44,671 nt of DNA from Alphaproteobacteria bacterium. Lineage in GTDB: Bacteria > Pseudomonadota > Alphaproteobacteria > JAPULJ01. Shown here one piece after another: positions 8,856-22,351 of the stretch; position 1 is the first letter of the stretch; every line of letters starts with the position of its first letter. Made by a program: the position numbers and the translations under genes. The stretch is from the NCBI GenBank assembly GCA_027295145.1, contig JAPULJ010000735.1, positions 1-44,671 of the forward strand, in the 5' to 3' direction. The notes beneath the pieces are model-generated. The model saw nothing but the letters and a program-made list of their open reading frames with translations, was not told the origin of the DNA and made no database searches.

Positions 8856-10364
8856 ATGCATCAAAAAATTGGCAACAGCAGCGCGATGAGTCTTGGGCTT
8901 TCAAGCACGGAAACGGGACTGGTATCGAAGGGCCGGGCGAGCGCTGGTGCGGCCCTGCCGGGATCACAAGATTGGATCTCGCTGCTGGCCAAATCCCTGC
9001 CTACCGAGCACACATACAAAGCAAGAATTGAGGGTCGTATTCCCGCCGATCTTCGCGGCACGCTCTATCGCAATGGGCCTGGGATATTCGAGCGCGGCGG
9101 CGTACGCAAAAAATCCTTACTTGATGGTGACGGCATGATCCAGGCCCTCGATTTCGAAGACGGCGGGGTACGCTATCGCAATCGCTTCGTGCGCACCGAG
9201 AAATTCGTCGAGGAGGAGAAATCCGGACGGTTCATGAACGGAACCTGGTCGACCCGGGCGCCTGGCGGTTTCCTTGCCAATCTTGGGGTCGGCGTCAAAT
9301 CGCAAGCCGGGGTGACCACGCTCGTGCGTGACGGCAAACTCCTTGCCTTCGATGAGATCAACCCCCCTTACGCGCTCGACCCGTCGTCGCTGAAAACCGA
9401 AGGGCAATACCAGGTCGAGGCGGGAAAACCGTCCTTCGACTACAAGGCGCATACCAAGATCGACGGCAAGACCGGTGACTGGATTCTGTTCGGCACGAAT
9501 TTCGGCCGCCACATGACGCTCGATCACCTCGTCGTCGATAAGGGTGGCAAGATCAAGGCCAAGGGCAGTCTCCGATCGCCGCGCTCGACCTACCTGCACG
9601 ATTTCTTCGTCACCGAGCGCTACATCATCTACCTGCTGCACCCGGTAAAGTTTTCGCCATTGCCGATGTTGCTTGGCATGCGCAGCATTATGGACTGCTT
9701 GCGCTGGGATGCCTCGCTGGGAAATTTGGTGATCGTGGTCGACAAGGACGGAAAGGACAAACCGGTCATCCTCGAGGCGCCGGCCGCCTTCATGTGGCAC
9801 AGCCTGAACGCCTACGAGAGGGGAGATACAATCGTGGCCGAGTTCGTCGGCTACGACGAGCCCGACCATTTCATCGGCCTCGATCCCGCCTTCAAGGCGG
9901 TTATGGTGGGCAAATCAGGCAATGACAAATTCCCCGGCAAGTTACGCCGCTATGCGATCGATCTGAGAGCAAGAACCTTGCGCCAGGAGATCGTCGCCGA
10001 CGCACATTATGAGTTTCCCATCACCGATCCACGGGTTCAGTGCCACGCAAGCCGGTTTGCTCACCTTACCTACCAACACCACAAAGGATGGTTCCACGAC
10101 GGAATCGCCCGGGTCGATATGAAAACCGGCGAGCAGGCGAGATTTGGCTTCGGCGCCAAGCATTTTGTTGGCGAGCCGATCTTCGCGCCTTCGGGCGGCC
10201 GCGAGGGACAGGGGTGGCTATTGGCGCAAGTGTTGAGCGGCGAGACCAACAAAAGCTTTGTTGCGATCTTCGATGCGGAAAATGTCGCGTCGGGACCGGT
10301 TGCCAAAGTCATGATGGAACACCACGTGCCATTCAGCTTCCATGGTTGGTGGCAGCAGGCTTGA
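8856..10364 (+). CDS. Carotenoid/stilbenoid cleavage oxygenase (RPE65 family)
   Basis: GTLYRNGPG and DGDGMI motifs, four Fe-binding His (AHTK, LHDF, WHSLN, FHGWW), EFP and GEPIF. The ATG at 8856 follows GAGG; TTG at 8823 is an alternative start. Confidence 0.9.
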   Translation: MHQKIGNSSAMSLGLSSTETGLVSKGRASAGAALPGSQDWISLLAKSLPTEHTYKARIEGRIPADLRGTLYRNGPGIFERGGVRKKSLLDGDGMIQALDFEDGGVRYRNRFVRTEKFVEEEKSGRFMNGTWSTRAPGGFLANLGVGVKSQAGVTTLVRDGKLLAFDEINPPYALDPSSLKTEGQYQVEAGKPSFDYKAHTKIDGKTGDWILFGTNFGRHMTLDHLVVDKGGKIKAKGSLRSPRSTYLHDFFVTERYIIYLLHPVKFSPLPMLLGMRSIMDCLRWDASLGNLVIVVDKDGKDKPVILEAPAAFMWHSLNAYERGDTIVAEFVGYDEPDHFIGLDPAFKAVMVGKSGNDKFPGKLRRYAIDLRARTLRQEIVADAHYEFPITDPRVQCHASRFAHLTYQHHKGWFHDGIARVDMKTGEQARFGFGAKHFVGEPIFAPSGGREGQGWLLAQVLSGETNKSFVAIFDAENVASGPVAKVMMEHHVPFSFHGWWQQA

Positions 10365-10401
10365 GCGCCAATCAGAGCGAGGGAAACTTAAGGGAGATCG
10401 C

Positions 10402-10530
10402 ATGATGCCGAGAGACGACACTTTCTGGGGCAGGGTCGGTCAACTCACCTTCGACGGGCTTGCTTATGTTGCGACCGCCGTGGCCGCGGCCCCTGCAATT
10501 CTGCTACTCGCATTTTTCTGCACCACTTAG
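10402..10530 (+). CDS. Small (42 aa) putative membrane protein
   Basis: AGGGAG RBS before ATGATG, 37 nt after the oxygenase stop; one hydrophobic C-terminal segment. Confidence 0.5.
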   Translation: MMPRDDTFWGRVGQLTFDGLAYVATAVAAAPAILLLAFFCTT

Positions 10531-10565
10531 GGTTCGGTGTCCACGCGTGACCCAAGCCCAGAGGC

Positions 10566-11492
10566 ATGACAGCGCAACAGCCTGAACCCTTGTGGCTCAT
10601 CGAGTTGGACGTGCCTTCTACGGGCATTGATATTTTCCAGGGATTGCTCGATCCCTTCGCCGAGGCAGTTTCAATCTTCGAGGCCGAGAACGGCGCTCTC
10701 TGGCGCATCTCCGGATATAGCGCTGGCGAACCCGAGCGCGCGCCTATTGAAGCCGCGGCGGCGGTAGCGGCGTGTGCTGCCGGGCTTAGTGTGCCGGAGC
10801 TGCGCATCGAGGCCCTGGCCGAAAAGGACTGGCTGGCCGAGAACCGGCGAAGTTTCGCCCCCGTTTCGGCAGCCAGATTTTTCGTCCATGGAAGCAATTT
10901 CGATGGAGTGCCTCCCGCCGGATCGATCCCCATCATGCTCAACGCCGGGCCGGCCTTCGGCGCCGGCAGCCATGAGACGACGCGCGGCTGCCTCATCGCT
11001 TTCGACGGGCTGGCGCGCCGGCGCAACTTCGCGCCAAAACGTATTCTCGATATCGGCTGTGGCTCCGGCATCCTGGCTATCGCCATGGCTAAACTCTGGG
11101 ACCGGCCGGTGCGGGCCATCGACCACGATCCCCTCGCCGTGCAGACTACCAAGGAAAATGCGAGCGCCAACGCCGTCGGCGAATTGGTCGAGGCAACGGG
11201 TGGCGACGGGCTCAATCCAAACTTGCTCAGATGCCACCAGCCCTACGATTTGGTTGCCGCTAATATCTTGTCGCAGCCGTTGATCGACTTTGCGCCGCGC
11301 CTGGCCGTTGCGCTGGCGCCGGAGGGGTTCACGGTTCTCTCCGGCATTCTGCGAGAGCAGCAGAACGAAGTGCGCGCTGCCTATCGGCAGGCCGGCTTTA
11401 TCGCCGCTGGATCGGTCCCGCTGGGCGAATGGCGGACATTGATATACCGACGGGATATGCCGCCGGAGAACCGCGTAGCGCGGATCACATAA
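10566..11492 (+). CDS. prmA: Ribosomal protein L11 methyltransferase
   Basis: AFGAGSHETT, ILDIGCGSGILAIA, ANIL and LSGIL motifs. Confidence 0.85.
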   Translation: MTAQQPEPLWLIELDVPSTGIDIFQGLLDPFAEAVSIFEAENGALWRISGYSAGEPERAPIEAAAAVAACAAGLSVPELRIEALAEKDWLAENRRSFAPVSAARFFVHGSNFDGVPPAGSIPIMLNAGPAFGAGSHETTRGCLIAFDGLARRRNFAPKRILDIGCGSGILAIAMAKLWDRPVRAIDHDPLAVQTTKENASANAVGELVEATGGDGLNPNLLRCHQPYDLVAANILSQPLIDFAPRLAVALAPEGFTVLSGILREQQNEVRAAYRQAGFIAAGSVPLGEWRTLIYRRDMPPENRVARIT

Positions 11493-11570
11493 CGGTGAAT
11501 TGTCAGACGCGACATTCTGCCCAATCTTTCAAAGGTTCGAGTTCATCGCATATAGAAAAAGGTCGAGCAT

Positions 11571-12203
11571 ATGAGTGAACCGATCACCAGACGCTTTGCG
11601 GTCATCTCGGGGCTTTCCTCGGCGGCGGCGGTGCTGGCGGCACCCAAAAGCGCGCTCGCTAGTCTCAAGGCAACGCCGACGCAATCGCGCGGGCCATTCT
11701 ACCCGGTTCGATTTCCCCTCGATTCCGACAACGATCTGGTCCGGGTCAAGGGCCGCGCCACCCGGGCGATGGGCAAAGTTACCCATCTGGTCGGGCGGAT
11801 TATCGATACGGCGGGTAAACCGGTGCCCGGCGCGCGTGTTGAAATCTGGCAGTGCGATGCCGGCGGCGTCTATCACCATCCCGGCGACGGAGGCCGGCCC
11901 GACGATGATTTCCAGGGATATGGGCGCACGGTGGCGGGCAAGGACGGTGGCTACCGTTTTCGCACCATCAAGCCGGTTCCCTATCCCGGCCGGGCGCCGC
12001 ACATCCACATCACGGTACGGGCCAAGGGGTTCGATGAGCTGGTAACTCAACTCTATATCGCCGGGCACACTCTCAATGAACGCGACTTCATCTACCGCCG
12101 GGCCGCCTCGCGTGGTGGAACCATCGTGGCCAAGTTCAGCCCCGCGCCGTCGATCGAGAAAGGCGCGCTGCTGGCGACCTTCGACATCGTGCTGAGCGTT
12201 TGA
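11571..12203 (+). CDS. Intradiol ring-cleavage dioxygenase-like protein (protocatechuate 3,4-dioxygenase family) with Tat-like signal
   Basis: GPFYP, VEIWQCDAGGVY, FRTIKPVPYPGRAPHIH and TQLY motifs; N-terminal TRR followed by a hydrophobic stretch and ALA. Confidence 0.8.
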   Translation: MSEPITRRFAVISGLSSAAAVLAAPKSALASLKATPTQSRGPFYPVRFPLDSDNDLVRVKGRATRAMGKVTHLVGRIIDTAGKPVPGARVEIWQCDAGGVYHHPGDGGRPDDDFQGYGRTVAGKDGGYRFRTIKPVPYPGRAPHIHITVRAKGFDELVTQLYIAGHTLNERDFIYRRAASRGGTIVAKFSPAPSIEKGALLATFDIVLSV

Positions 12204-12533
12204 TCAGGCGGCTTTGGCGCTATTGTCATTTCCAGTCTTGCCCTGGTTGGCACTTTCGTCGATGAGGTAGGGGATATCGCCGCGGGTGATCCCGATATCG
12301 GCGAGGATGTGATCGTCCAGCGACATCAACTCATCGTATTCGCGTTGCCGGCGGCGCAACGCGGCGAAGGGCGCGATCAATCCCCGTCCTATCCGTGCGA
12401 AAAGATCGACGACCACTGCGTGGACTAAGCGCCCGCGCTCGATGCGAGCGGCGATGAGTGCCGAGTCGGAGGAAAAATCGGGATGGCCCGGCAATTCGCG
12501 TTTGTCTTGTGTCGTTTGGTTGCTTGGCTTCAT
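12204..12533 (-). CDS. DUF1127 (YjiS-like) protein
   Basis: RRRQREYDELMSLDDHILADIGITRGDI motif. Confidence 0.8.
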   Translation of the reverse strand: MKPSNQTTQDKRELPGHPDFSSDSALIAARIERGRLVHAVVVDLFARIGRGLIAPFAALRRRQREYDELMSLDDHILADIGITRGDIPYLIDESANQGKTGNDNSAKAA

Positions 12534-12743
12534 CGTCCCTATGTCCTGTTGTCTCCCGGGCCGGTGAGCGGTCCGGGGATGGCTCCTGATTGATCCTGAT
12601 CTGGTTCACCCGATTGTCTGTTTGTACCGTTTATGTTGCATTGCAGGATTGTCGGTCCTGCAGGCGGCGGTGGGCTTGCCTGGAATGCGCAGGACGCATA
12701 GCTTGGAGCGCATGATTAGGTCTTCAAAAATTGGATTCCGCTG

Positions 12744-14570
12744 GTGAATGAAGCCGCTGGAAAGCTGGCCTCCGACGCGCAATCCAGCACGCGAATAGCG
12801 GCTCTGCGCGCAGAGCTCAAAAGAAGAGCTCTCAGCGGTTTCGTCATCCCGTTGGCCGACGAACACCAAGGCGAGTACGTGCCGCCCTCGGCGCGGCGGC
12901 TCGCCTGGCTTACCGGTTTCAACGGATCGGCGGGGATGGCCGTGGTCTTGGCCGAAAAGGCAGCGCTGTTCATCGATGGGCGCTACACGCTTCAGGCGCG
13001 CGAAGAGGCCGATGGCGCGATCTACGACTTCCGCAGCATCCCCGAAGAACCGCCCAGCGCCTGGATCGAGGCCCATCTGCCGCGGGGCGGAAGGCTCGGC
13101 TACGATGCCTGGCTGCACTCCGAGGACGGTGCCAAACGCCTCGCCGAAGCCTGCGCAAAAGCCGGCGGGGAATTGGTAGCGAGCGAGGGCAATCCGCTCG
13201 ACGCGGTGTGGGACGACCGGCCCGCGGCACCTGCGGCAAAGGTGCATGCCCATCCGCTCGAATTCTCCGGTCTCGCTTCGGCCGACAAGCGGCGCAAGAT
13301 CGGCGGCCGGTTGCGAAAAGACAAGATCGACGCGGCGGTTCTGAGCATGCCCGATTCGATTGCCTGGCTGCTCAATATTCGCGGCGGCGATGTGCCGCGC
13401 GCGCCCTTGCCGCTGTCTTTCGCCATCCTGCGCGCCGATGCCGGGGTCGAGCTCTTCATCGACCCGCGCAAGCTCGGCGAGGCGCTTGCCGCTCATCTCG
13501 GGGAGGAGGTCACATTGTCGCTGCCAGAGGCGCTCGGCCCCGCCCTCGACCGGCTGGGCGCCAAAGGTCTGGCCGTGCTCGCCGATCCGGCGAGCGCTGC
13601 CGATTGGCTGTTCAAACGGCTCGATGCGGCGGGTGCGCGGATCAAACGCAGCCCGGACCCCTGTCAGCTTCCCAAGGCCTGCAAGAATCAAGTCGAGCTC
13701 GAAGGCGCACGGGCCGCGCACCGCCGCGACGGCGCCGCGCTGACACGGTTCCTTGCTTGGCTCGCCGCAGAGCTAACGAAAAGCGATGTAAGCGAAATGG
13801 CAGCGGCAGAGCGGCTTGAGGCCTTCCGGCGCGAAAGCGATCTGTTCCGCGATCTCAGCTTCGATACGATTTCCGGGGCCGGGCCGAACGGCGCCATCGT
13901 CCATTACCGGGTCAGCCAGGAGAGCAACCGGAAGCTCGAGCCGGGGCAGCTCTACCTCGTCGATTCGGGCGCTCAGTACCCCGACGGCACCACCGATGTG
14001 ACCAGAACTTTGGCCATTGGCACCCCGAGTAATGAGATGCGCGATCGGTTCACGCGGGTGCTCAAGGGGCATATCGCCCTGGCTCGCGCGCGATTCCCCA
14101 AAGGCACCACCGGCTCGCAACTCGATGCAATTGCACGGCAGCCGCTGTGGGAGGCCGGGCTCGATTTCGACCACGGCACCGGTCACGGAGTGGGTAGCTA
14201 TCTCTCGGTCCACGAAGGCCCACAGCGCATCTCCAAGCTACCGAGTACGGTGGCCCTGGAGGCTGGGATGATCTGTTCCGATGAACCCGGCTACTATAAG
14301 CAAGGCGCCTATGGGATCCGCATCGAGAACCTCGTCGCGGTGCGCCCTGCCGAAGGGCTCGAAGGAAGCGAGCGCGAGATGCTGGAATTCGAGACCCTGA
14401 CCTTGGCGCCGATCGACCTTGCCCTGGTCGACGCTTCTCTCATGTCCACCGCCGAGATCGCCTGGCTCGACTCCTATCACGCGCGAGTGCGCGAGGTCAT
14501 CGCACCGTTGGTCGACAAGGAGACGGTAGCTTGGCTTGTGGAGGCGACCAAGCCTGTGCACATTAAATAG
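12744..14570 (+). CDS. pepP: Xaa-Pro aminopeptidase (M24B, long form)
   Basis: DEHQGEY, LTGFNGSAG, DSGAQYPDGTTDVTRT, HGTGHGVG, HEGP, EPGYY and GIRIEN motifs. Confidence 0.9.
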   Translation: MNEAAGKLASDAQSSTRIAALRAELKRRALSGFVIPLADEHQGEYVPPSARRLAWLTGFNGSAGMAVVLAEKAALFIDGRYTLQAREEADGAIYDFRSIPEEPPSAWIEAHLPRGGRLGYDAWLHSEDGAKRLAEACAKAGGELVASEGNPLDAVWDDRPAAPAAKVHAHPLEFSGLASADKRRKIGGRLRKDKIDAAVLSMPDSIAWLLNIRGGDVPRAPLPLSFAILRADAGVELFIDPRKLGEALAAHLGEEVTLSLPEALGPALDRLGAKGLAVLADPASAADWLFKRLDAAGARIKRSPDPCQLPKACKNQVELEGARAAHRRDGAALTRFLAWLAAELTKSDVSEMAAAERLEAFRRESDLFRDLSFDTISGAGPNGAIVHYRVSQESNRKLEPGQLYLVDSGAQYPDGTTDVTRTLAIGTPSNEMRDRFTRVLKGHIALARARFPKGTTGSQLDAIARQPLWEAGLDFDHGTGHGVGSYLSVHEGPQRISKLPSTVALEAGMICSDEPGYYKQGAYGIRIENLVAVRPAEGLEGSEREMLEFETLTLAPIDLALVDASLMSTAEIAWLDSYHARVREVIAPLVDKETVAWLVEATKPVHIK

Positions 14571-14632
14571 GAGACAGTATACTTATTTTAAAATAATAAT
14601 AGGTATACTGTCTCCTATTTAATGTGCACAGG
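14553..14632. repeat. Perfect 30-bp inverted repeat with a 20-nt AT-rich spacer between convergent pepP and ligA
   Basis: CCTGTGCACATTAAATAGGAGACAGTATAC (14553-14582) and its exact reverse complement (14603-14632). Confidence 0.95.
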
Positions 14633-14634
14633 TG

Positions 14635-18472
<3,838 letters not shown>

Positions 18473-18485
18473 GCGCTCCTTGGTA

Positions 18486-19334
18486 TCAGAAAAGCCACCG
18501 CAATACTTTGCGCGTAAAGGAAACTGGTTTTTCGAGCGGCTTACCGCGCTTGATTTCCTTGCCGGTGACGACCGAGTAGCTGTCGATATACCACTCGCTG
18601 GCAGGGTAGTTGTAGCCGAGTACGGCGGCGATTTTGCGGGCCTCGTCGGTGACGCCGAGGGCGGCGTAGGCGGCGGTCAACCGATAGAGGGCTTCGGGAA
18701 CATGGCTCGTCGTCTGGTACTTCTCGACAACGGTTCGGAACCGCCCGATGGCGGCGAGCTGACGGTTGCGTTTGAGGTAGAAACGTCCGACATCCATCTC
18801 CTTGCCGGCGAGATGATCGCGCACGAGGTCTATTTTGCGCCGCGCGTCGCGAGCGTAGCGCGAGTTTGGATTGCGCCGCACCAACTCCTCGAAACTCTTC
18901 ATCGATTGCCGCGCGGCGCTCTGGTCCCGGCGGATATCCTTGATCTGCTCGTAATAAGCCTGACCCTTGAGGTAGCGGGCGTAGGCGATATTTCGGCTAT
19001 TGGGATGGAGCTGGATGAAGCGGTCGAGCCCGATGATCGAATCGTCATATTTTTTGTCGCGGTATTTGGCGTAGGCCGACATCAACTGGGCGCGGTTTGC
19101 CCATTGTGAATAAGGGTGCTGGCGGTCGACATCATCGAACTTAGCGGCGGCATTCTTGTAGCTTTGCGCCAGTAACAGGTCCATTGCCTGATTATAGAGA
19201 GTGCCGACGCGGGCTTCCGAATAGTTGGCCTTCTTTTTGTCATCCTTCGAGCTACAGGCCTGAAGCGACAGGACGATCGCCGAAGCCACCATAAGGGCGG
19301 TCAGGATACGAGTGATTGTACGCTGAGTGTTCAT
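18486..19334 (-). CDS. bamD: Outer-membrane assembly lipoprotein BamD
   Basis: Lipobox LQAC, TPR repeats (HPYS, LAGKEMDVGRFY), lpxC-bamD-recN synteny. Start codon approximate. Confidence 0.93.
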   Translation of the reverse strand: MNTQRTITRILTALMVASAIVLSLQACSSKDDKKKANYSEARVGTLYNQAMDLLLAQSYKNAAAKFDDVDRQHPYSQWANRAQLMSAYAKYRDKKYDDSIIGLDRFIQLHPNSRNIAYARYLKGQAYYEQIKDIRRDQSAARQSMKSFEELVRRNPNSRYARDARRKIDLVRDHLAGKEMDVGRFYLKRNRQLAAIGRFRTVVEKYQTTSHVPEALYRLTAAYAALGVTDEARKIAAVLGYNYPASEWYIDSYSVVTGKEIKRGKPLEKPVSFTRKVLRWLF

Positions 19335-19535
19335 GGCGCTGTGCTGTAAATGCGGTAAGCGGTTTGGCTCGTGCAAGGCGACTGTTCGGACACCTAATTA
19401 GACCCATGATCCAATAAGGCGCCCTTATTAGCAGGTCGCGGACCGTCGCGGAAAGGCAAAATGCCGTATTAGTGGCTACGAAAAAATGTGCTTTGCAGCA
19501 CCTAATTGCAAGATCGACGTCAATTTCAAGAAGCT

Positions 19536-20483
19536 TCAGGCCGTTGCGGCGGCGGCCACGGGGCTGCTCATCGCGGCAATAGCGGGGCGGGTTTCGCTGA
19601 AATCGGTGTAGCGCCAGGCCGTGGAATCCTCCATCAGCGCCCTCAATAATTCATGATTTAGAGCGTGGCCCGAGCGAAATCCGTGGAAGTGGCCAAGGAT
19701 GCAGCCGCCGGCAAGGTAGAGATCGCCGATCGAATCGAGCACTTTGTGGCGCACGAACTCGTCCTCGAAACGCAAGCCGTCATCGTTGAGGATACCGTCG
19801 CCACCGACGACAATGGCGTTATCCAGCGATCCTCCGCGGATCAGCCCGGCGGCGCGCAGCTCTGTAATCTCGTGCTCGAAGCCGAAGGTGCGTGCTCTGG
19901 CGATTTCCGATTGAAATGTGCCGTTTACCAGGCTGGTGAAGAATTGTTGGTGTTGAATGAACGTGCCTTCAAAATCGATCTCGAAGCTGATCGAGGGGCA
20001 CCGCCCTGGGCTCAAGACCGCCGAATGCCGGTCGTCGCCCACGCTGACCGGTTTCAGAACCTCGATCAGGCGCCGCGCCACCGGTTGCTCGGCCAGCCCC
20101 GCGCACTCGATCAAGAACAGGAAGGGTTCCGCACTACCGTCCATAATTGGTACTTCAGGCCCGTTGATCTCGATCAGGGCGTTGTCGATCTCGGCGCCCG
20201 AAAGCGCCGCCATGAGATGTTCGATAGTGCCGACGCAAACACCGTCGGCATTGCCGACGGACGTATTGAGCCTGGCATCGACGACCGTATCCCATCGCGC
20301 CGGAACCTCGCCGCCGCCACCGGCCACGTCGGTCCGCCGAAAGATGATGCCAGTGTTGGGGTCGGCAGGGTTGAGGGTCATCGAAACCTTGGCGCCGGAA
20401 TGAAGGCCGACGCCGGAGCAATCGATGGAAGACTTCAGAGTGTGCTGAAGCGCGCCGTTGATCTGATGTGCGCCAGGCGCCAT
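19536..20483 (-). CDS. lpxC: UDP-3-O-acyl-N-acetylglucosamine deacetylase
   Basis: GVGLHSG, TIEHLMAAL, PIMDGS, ARTFGF, HKVLDSIGDL and GHALN motifs. Confidence 0.96.
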   Translation of the reverse strand: MAPGAHQINGALQHTLKSSIDCSGVGLHSGAKVSMTLNPADPNTGIIFRRTDVAGGGGEVPARWDTVVDARLNTSVGNADGVCVGTIEHLMAALSGAEIDNALIEINGPEVPIMDGSAEPFLFLIECAGLAEQPVARRLIEVLKPVSVGDDRHSAVLSPGRCPSISFEIDFEGTFIQHQQFFTSLVNGTFQSEIARARTFGFEHEITELRAAGLIRGGSLDNAIVVGGDGILNDDGLRFEDEFVRHKVLDSIGDLYLAGGCILGHFHGFRSGHALNHELLRALMEDSTAWRYTDFSETRPAIAAMSSPVAAAATA

Positions 20484-20591
20484 CCCCAAGCCTCCCCTAA
20501 TTTCCACGCGCCGCACTCATTCTTTTTGCGCGGTCGTTATTTTACAGACCTCCGGCCACGATCCCTGATAACGGGACGACCGCACCCGCTT

Positions 20592-20620
20592 CATCTAGCA
20601 GGCGCGGCCGATCCCCTCAA
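20592..20620 (-). promoter_or_regulatory. Putative internal sigma70 promoter for lpxC
   Basis: Minus strand TTGAGG, 17 nt, TAGATG, with GC immediately before the -10, resembling alphaproteobacterial housekeeping promoters. Confidence 0.45.
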
Positions 20621-20679
20621 ATCACTCTTTGTTTCAAAATGTTATGGCGCTTGGACGGCGCAAACCCTGGCGATTCTCC

Positions 20680-22269
20680 TCAATTCGCTTGGCGTCGTAG
20701 AAATGCCGGGATCTCGAGGATTTCGGCGCTCTCGAATTCCGCTTCTCCTGGGGATTCCACCGCCGATTTGAGTTTATCCGGCTCGCTCTCAGCTTCGCCG
20801 GCCGGCGAGTCGTCGCTCTCCGGTTTATCGGCTGTTTCCCTGGGATATTCATCATCGTCGTCGCTGTTGTCGATGAGCAAGCCAAGCAGGCGCGAGCCCC
20901 GGCGGCGACGCCTACGCTTCGTCGGCCGTCGGCTATCGGCCGTCGGCACTTCTTTGACGATGGGAGGGACTATCTCCTCAGCAGCCTCCACTCCAGGCGC
21001 GAATTGCTCGCCAGCATCCTCGATCGTTGCCTTATCCTCATGGGTTGCGCCGAAAATACGCTCGCGGCGATCGGCGAGCTCGACCTCCGCTTCCGGCTCG
21101 TCGGTGTCCTGGGAGGCCTTGAACAGATCTTCGTTTTCGACCACTCCTTCGGCTTCCGCCTCTTCGCGTTCTTCAAGCGTGATCGCCGGCTCGTCAATCG
21201 GCTCCTCCTGGGCTTGTGATGCGGCAAGAGGTTCAGCAATGGGTGGCTCGTATTGGGGTCTTTCCTCACGTACGCGGATCGGCAGGCTCTGCTCAGCTCC
21301 GGCACCAGTGATGCCGGTGGCGAAGATCGAAACCCGGACCTTACCCTGCAATCCTTCATCGAAGGTCGAGCCGAAGATGATATTGGCGTCGGGATCGACT
21401 TCCTCTCGGATGCGGTTGGCGGCCTCGTCGACCTCGTATAGGGTCATGTCGTTGCCGCCGGTGATGTTGATCAGCACCCCGCGCGCGCCGCGCAGCGAGA
21501 CGTCGTCGAGCAGGGGGTTGGAAATTGCCGCGTCGGATGCCTTGACCGCCCGGCCTTCGCCCTCGGCCTCGCCCGCGCCCATCATCGCCTTGCCCATCTC
21601 GCTCATCACCGTGCGGATATCGGCGAAGTCGAGATTGATCAATCCCGGCATGGTCATAAGATCGGTGACCCCGCGAACGCCGGCATAGAGCACGTCGTCG
21701 GCCATCTTGAAGGCATCGGAGAAAGTCGTTTTTTCGTCCGCCACCCGGAACAGGTTCTGGTTGGGGATGACGATCAGCGTATCGACAATCTCCTGTAAAT
21801 CGTCGAGCCCTTCCTCGGCGATCCGCATCCGCTGGGTGCCTTCGAAATGAAAGGGCTTGGTGACGACGGCTACTGTCAGCAGGCCCTGTTCGCGTGCCAG
21901 CCGGGCGATTACCGGAGCGGCACCGGTGCCGGTGCCGCCGCCCATGCCGGCGGTGATGAAGGCCATGTGGTTGCCTTGCAGATGATCGCTGATCTCCTGC
22001 GCGCCTTCCTCAGCCGAGGCGCGGCCGATCTCCGGGCGGGCGCCTGCGCCCAATCCTTGGGTGATGGTTGAACCAAGCTGGATTTTGCGTTTCGCCGAAG
22101 TCAGAGAGAGAGCCTGGGCATCGGTATTGGCAACGACGTATTCGACGCCTTCGAGCTCGGACTGGATCATGTTGTTGACGGCATTGCCGCCGGCGCCGCC
22201 GACACCGAATACCAATATCTTCGGCGTGAGTTCGGTCGGTACTTTTGGCGTGCTCAGATTGATTCCCAT
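20680..22269 (-). CDS. ftsZ: Cell division protein FtsZ (long acidic linker)
   Basis: [16 protein letters not shown] and NLDFAD motifs, C-terminal [12 protein letters not shown]; ATG at 22269 with GGAGG RBS. Confidence 0.98.
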   Translation of the reverse strand: MGINLSTPKVPTELTPKILVFGVGGAGGNAVNNMIQSELEGVEYVVANTDAQALSLTSAKRKIQLGSTITQGLGAGARPEIGRASAEEGAQEISDHLQGNHMAFITAGMGGGTGTGAAPVIARLAREQGLLTVAVVTKPFHFEGTQRMRIAEEGLDDLQEIVDTLIVIPNQNLFRVADEKTTFSDAFKMADDVLYAGVRGVTDLMTMPGLINLDFADIRTVMSEMGKAMMGAGEAEGEGRAVKASDAAISNPLLDDVSLRGARGVLINITGGNDMTLYEVDEAANRIREEVDPDANIIFGSTFDEGLQGKVRVSIFATGITGAGAEQSLPIRVREERPQYEPPIAEPLAASQAQEEPIDEPAITLEEREEAEAEGVVENEDLFKASQDTDEPEAEVELADRRERIFGATHEDKATIEDAGEQFAPGVEAAEEIVPPIVKEVPTADSRRPTKRRRRRRGSRLLGLLIDNSDDDDEYPRETADKPESDDSPAGEAESEPDKLKSAVESPGEAEFESAEILEIPAFLRRQAN

Positions 22270-22351
22270 AGCAACCTCCGATTCACTTTGTTGGGGTTTT
22301 GGAATCCAAGTCGCCGGTGGCGACCGGGATTTTCTACGATTCGAGCTGGAA

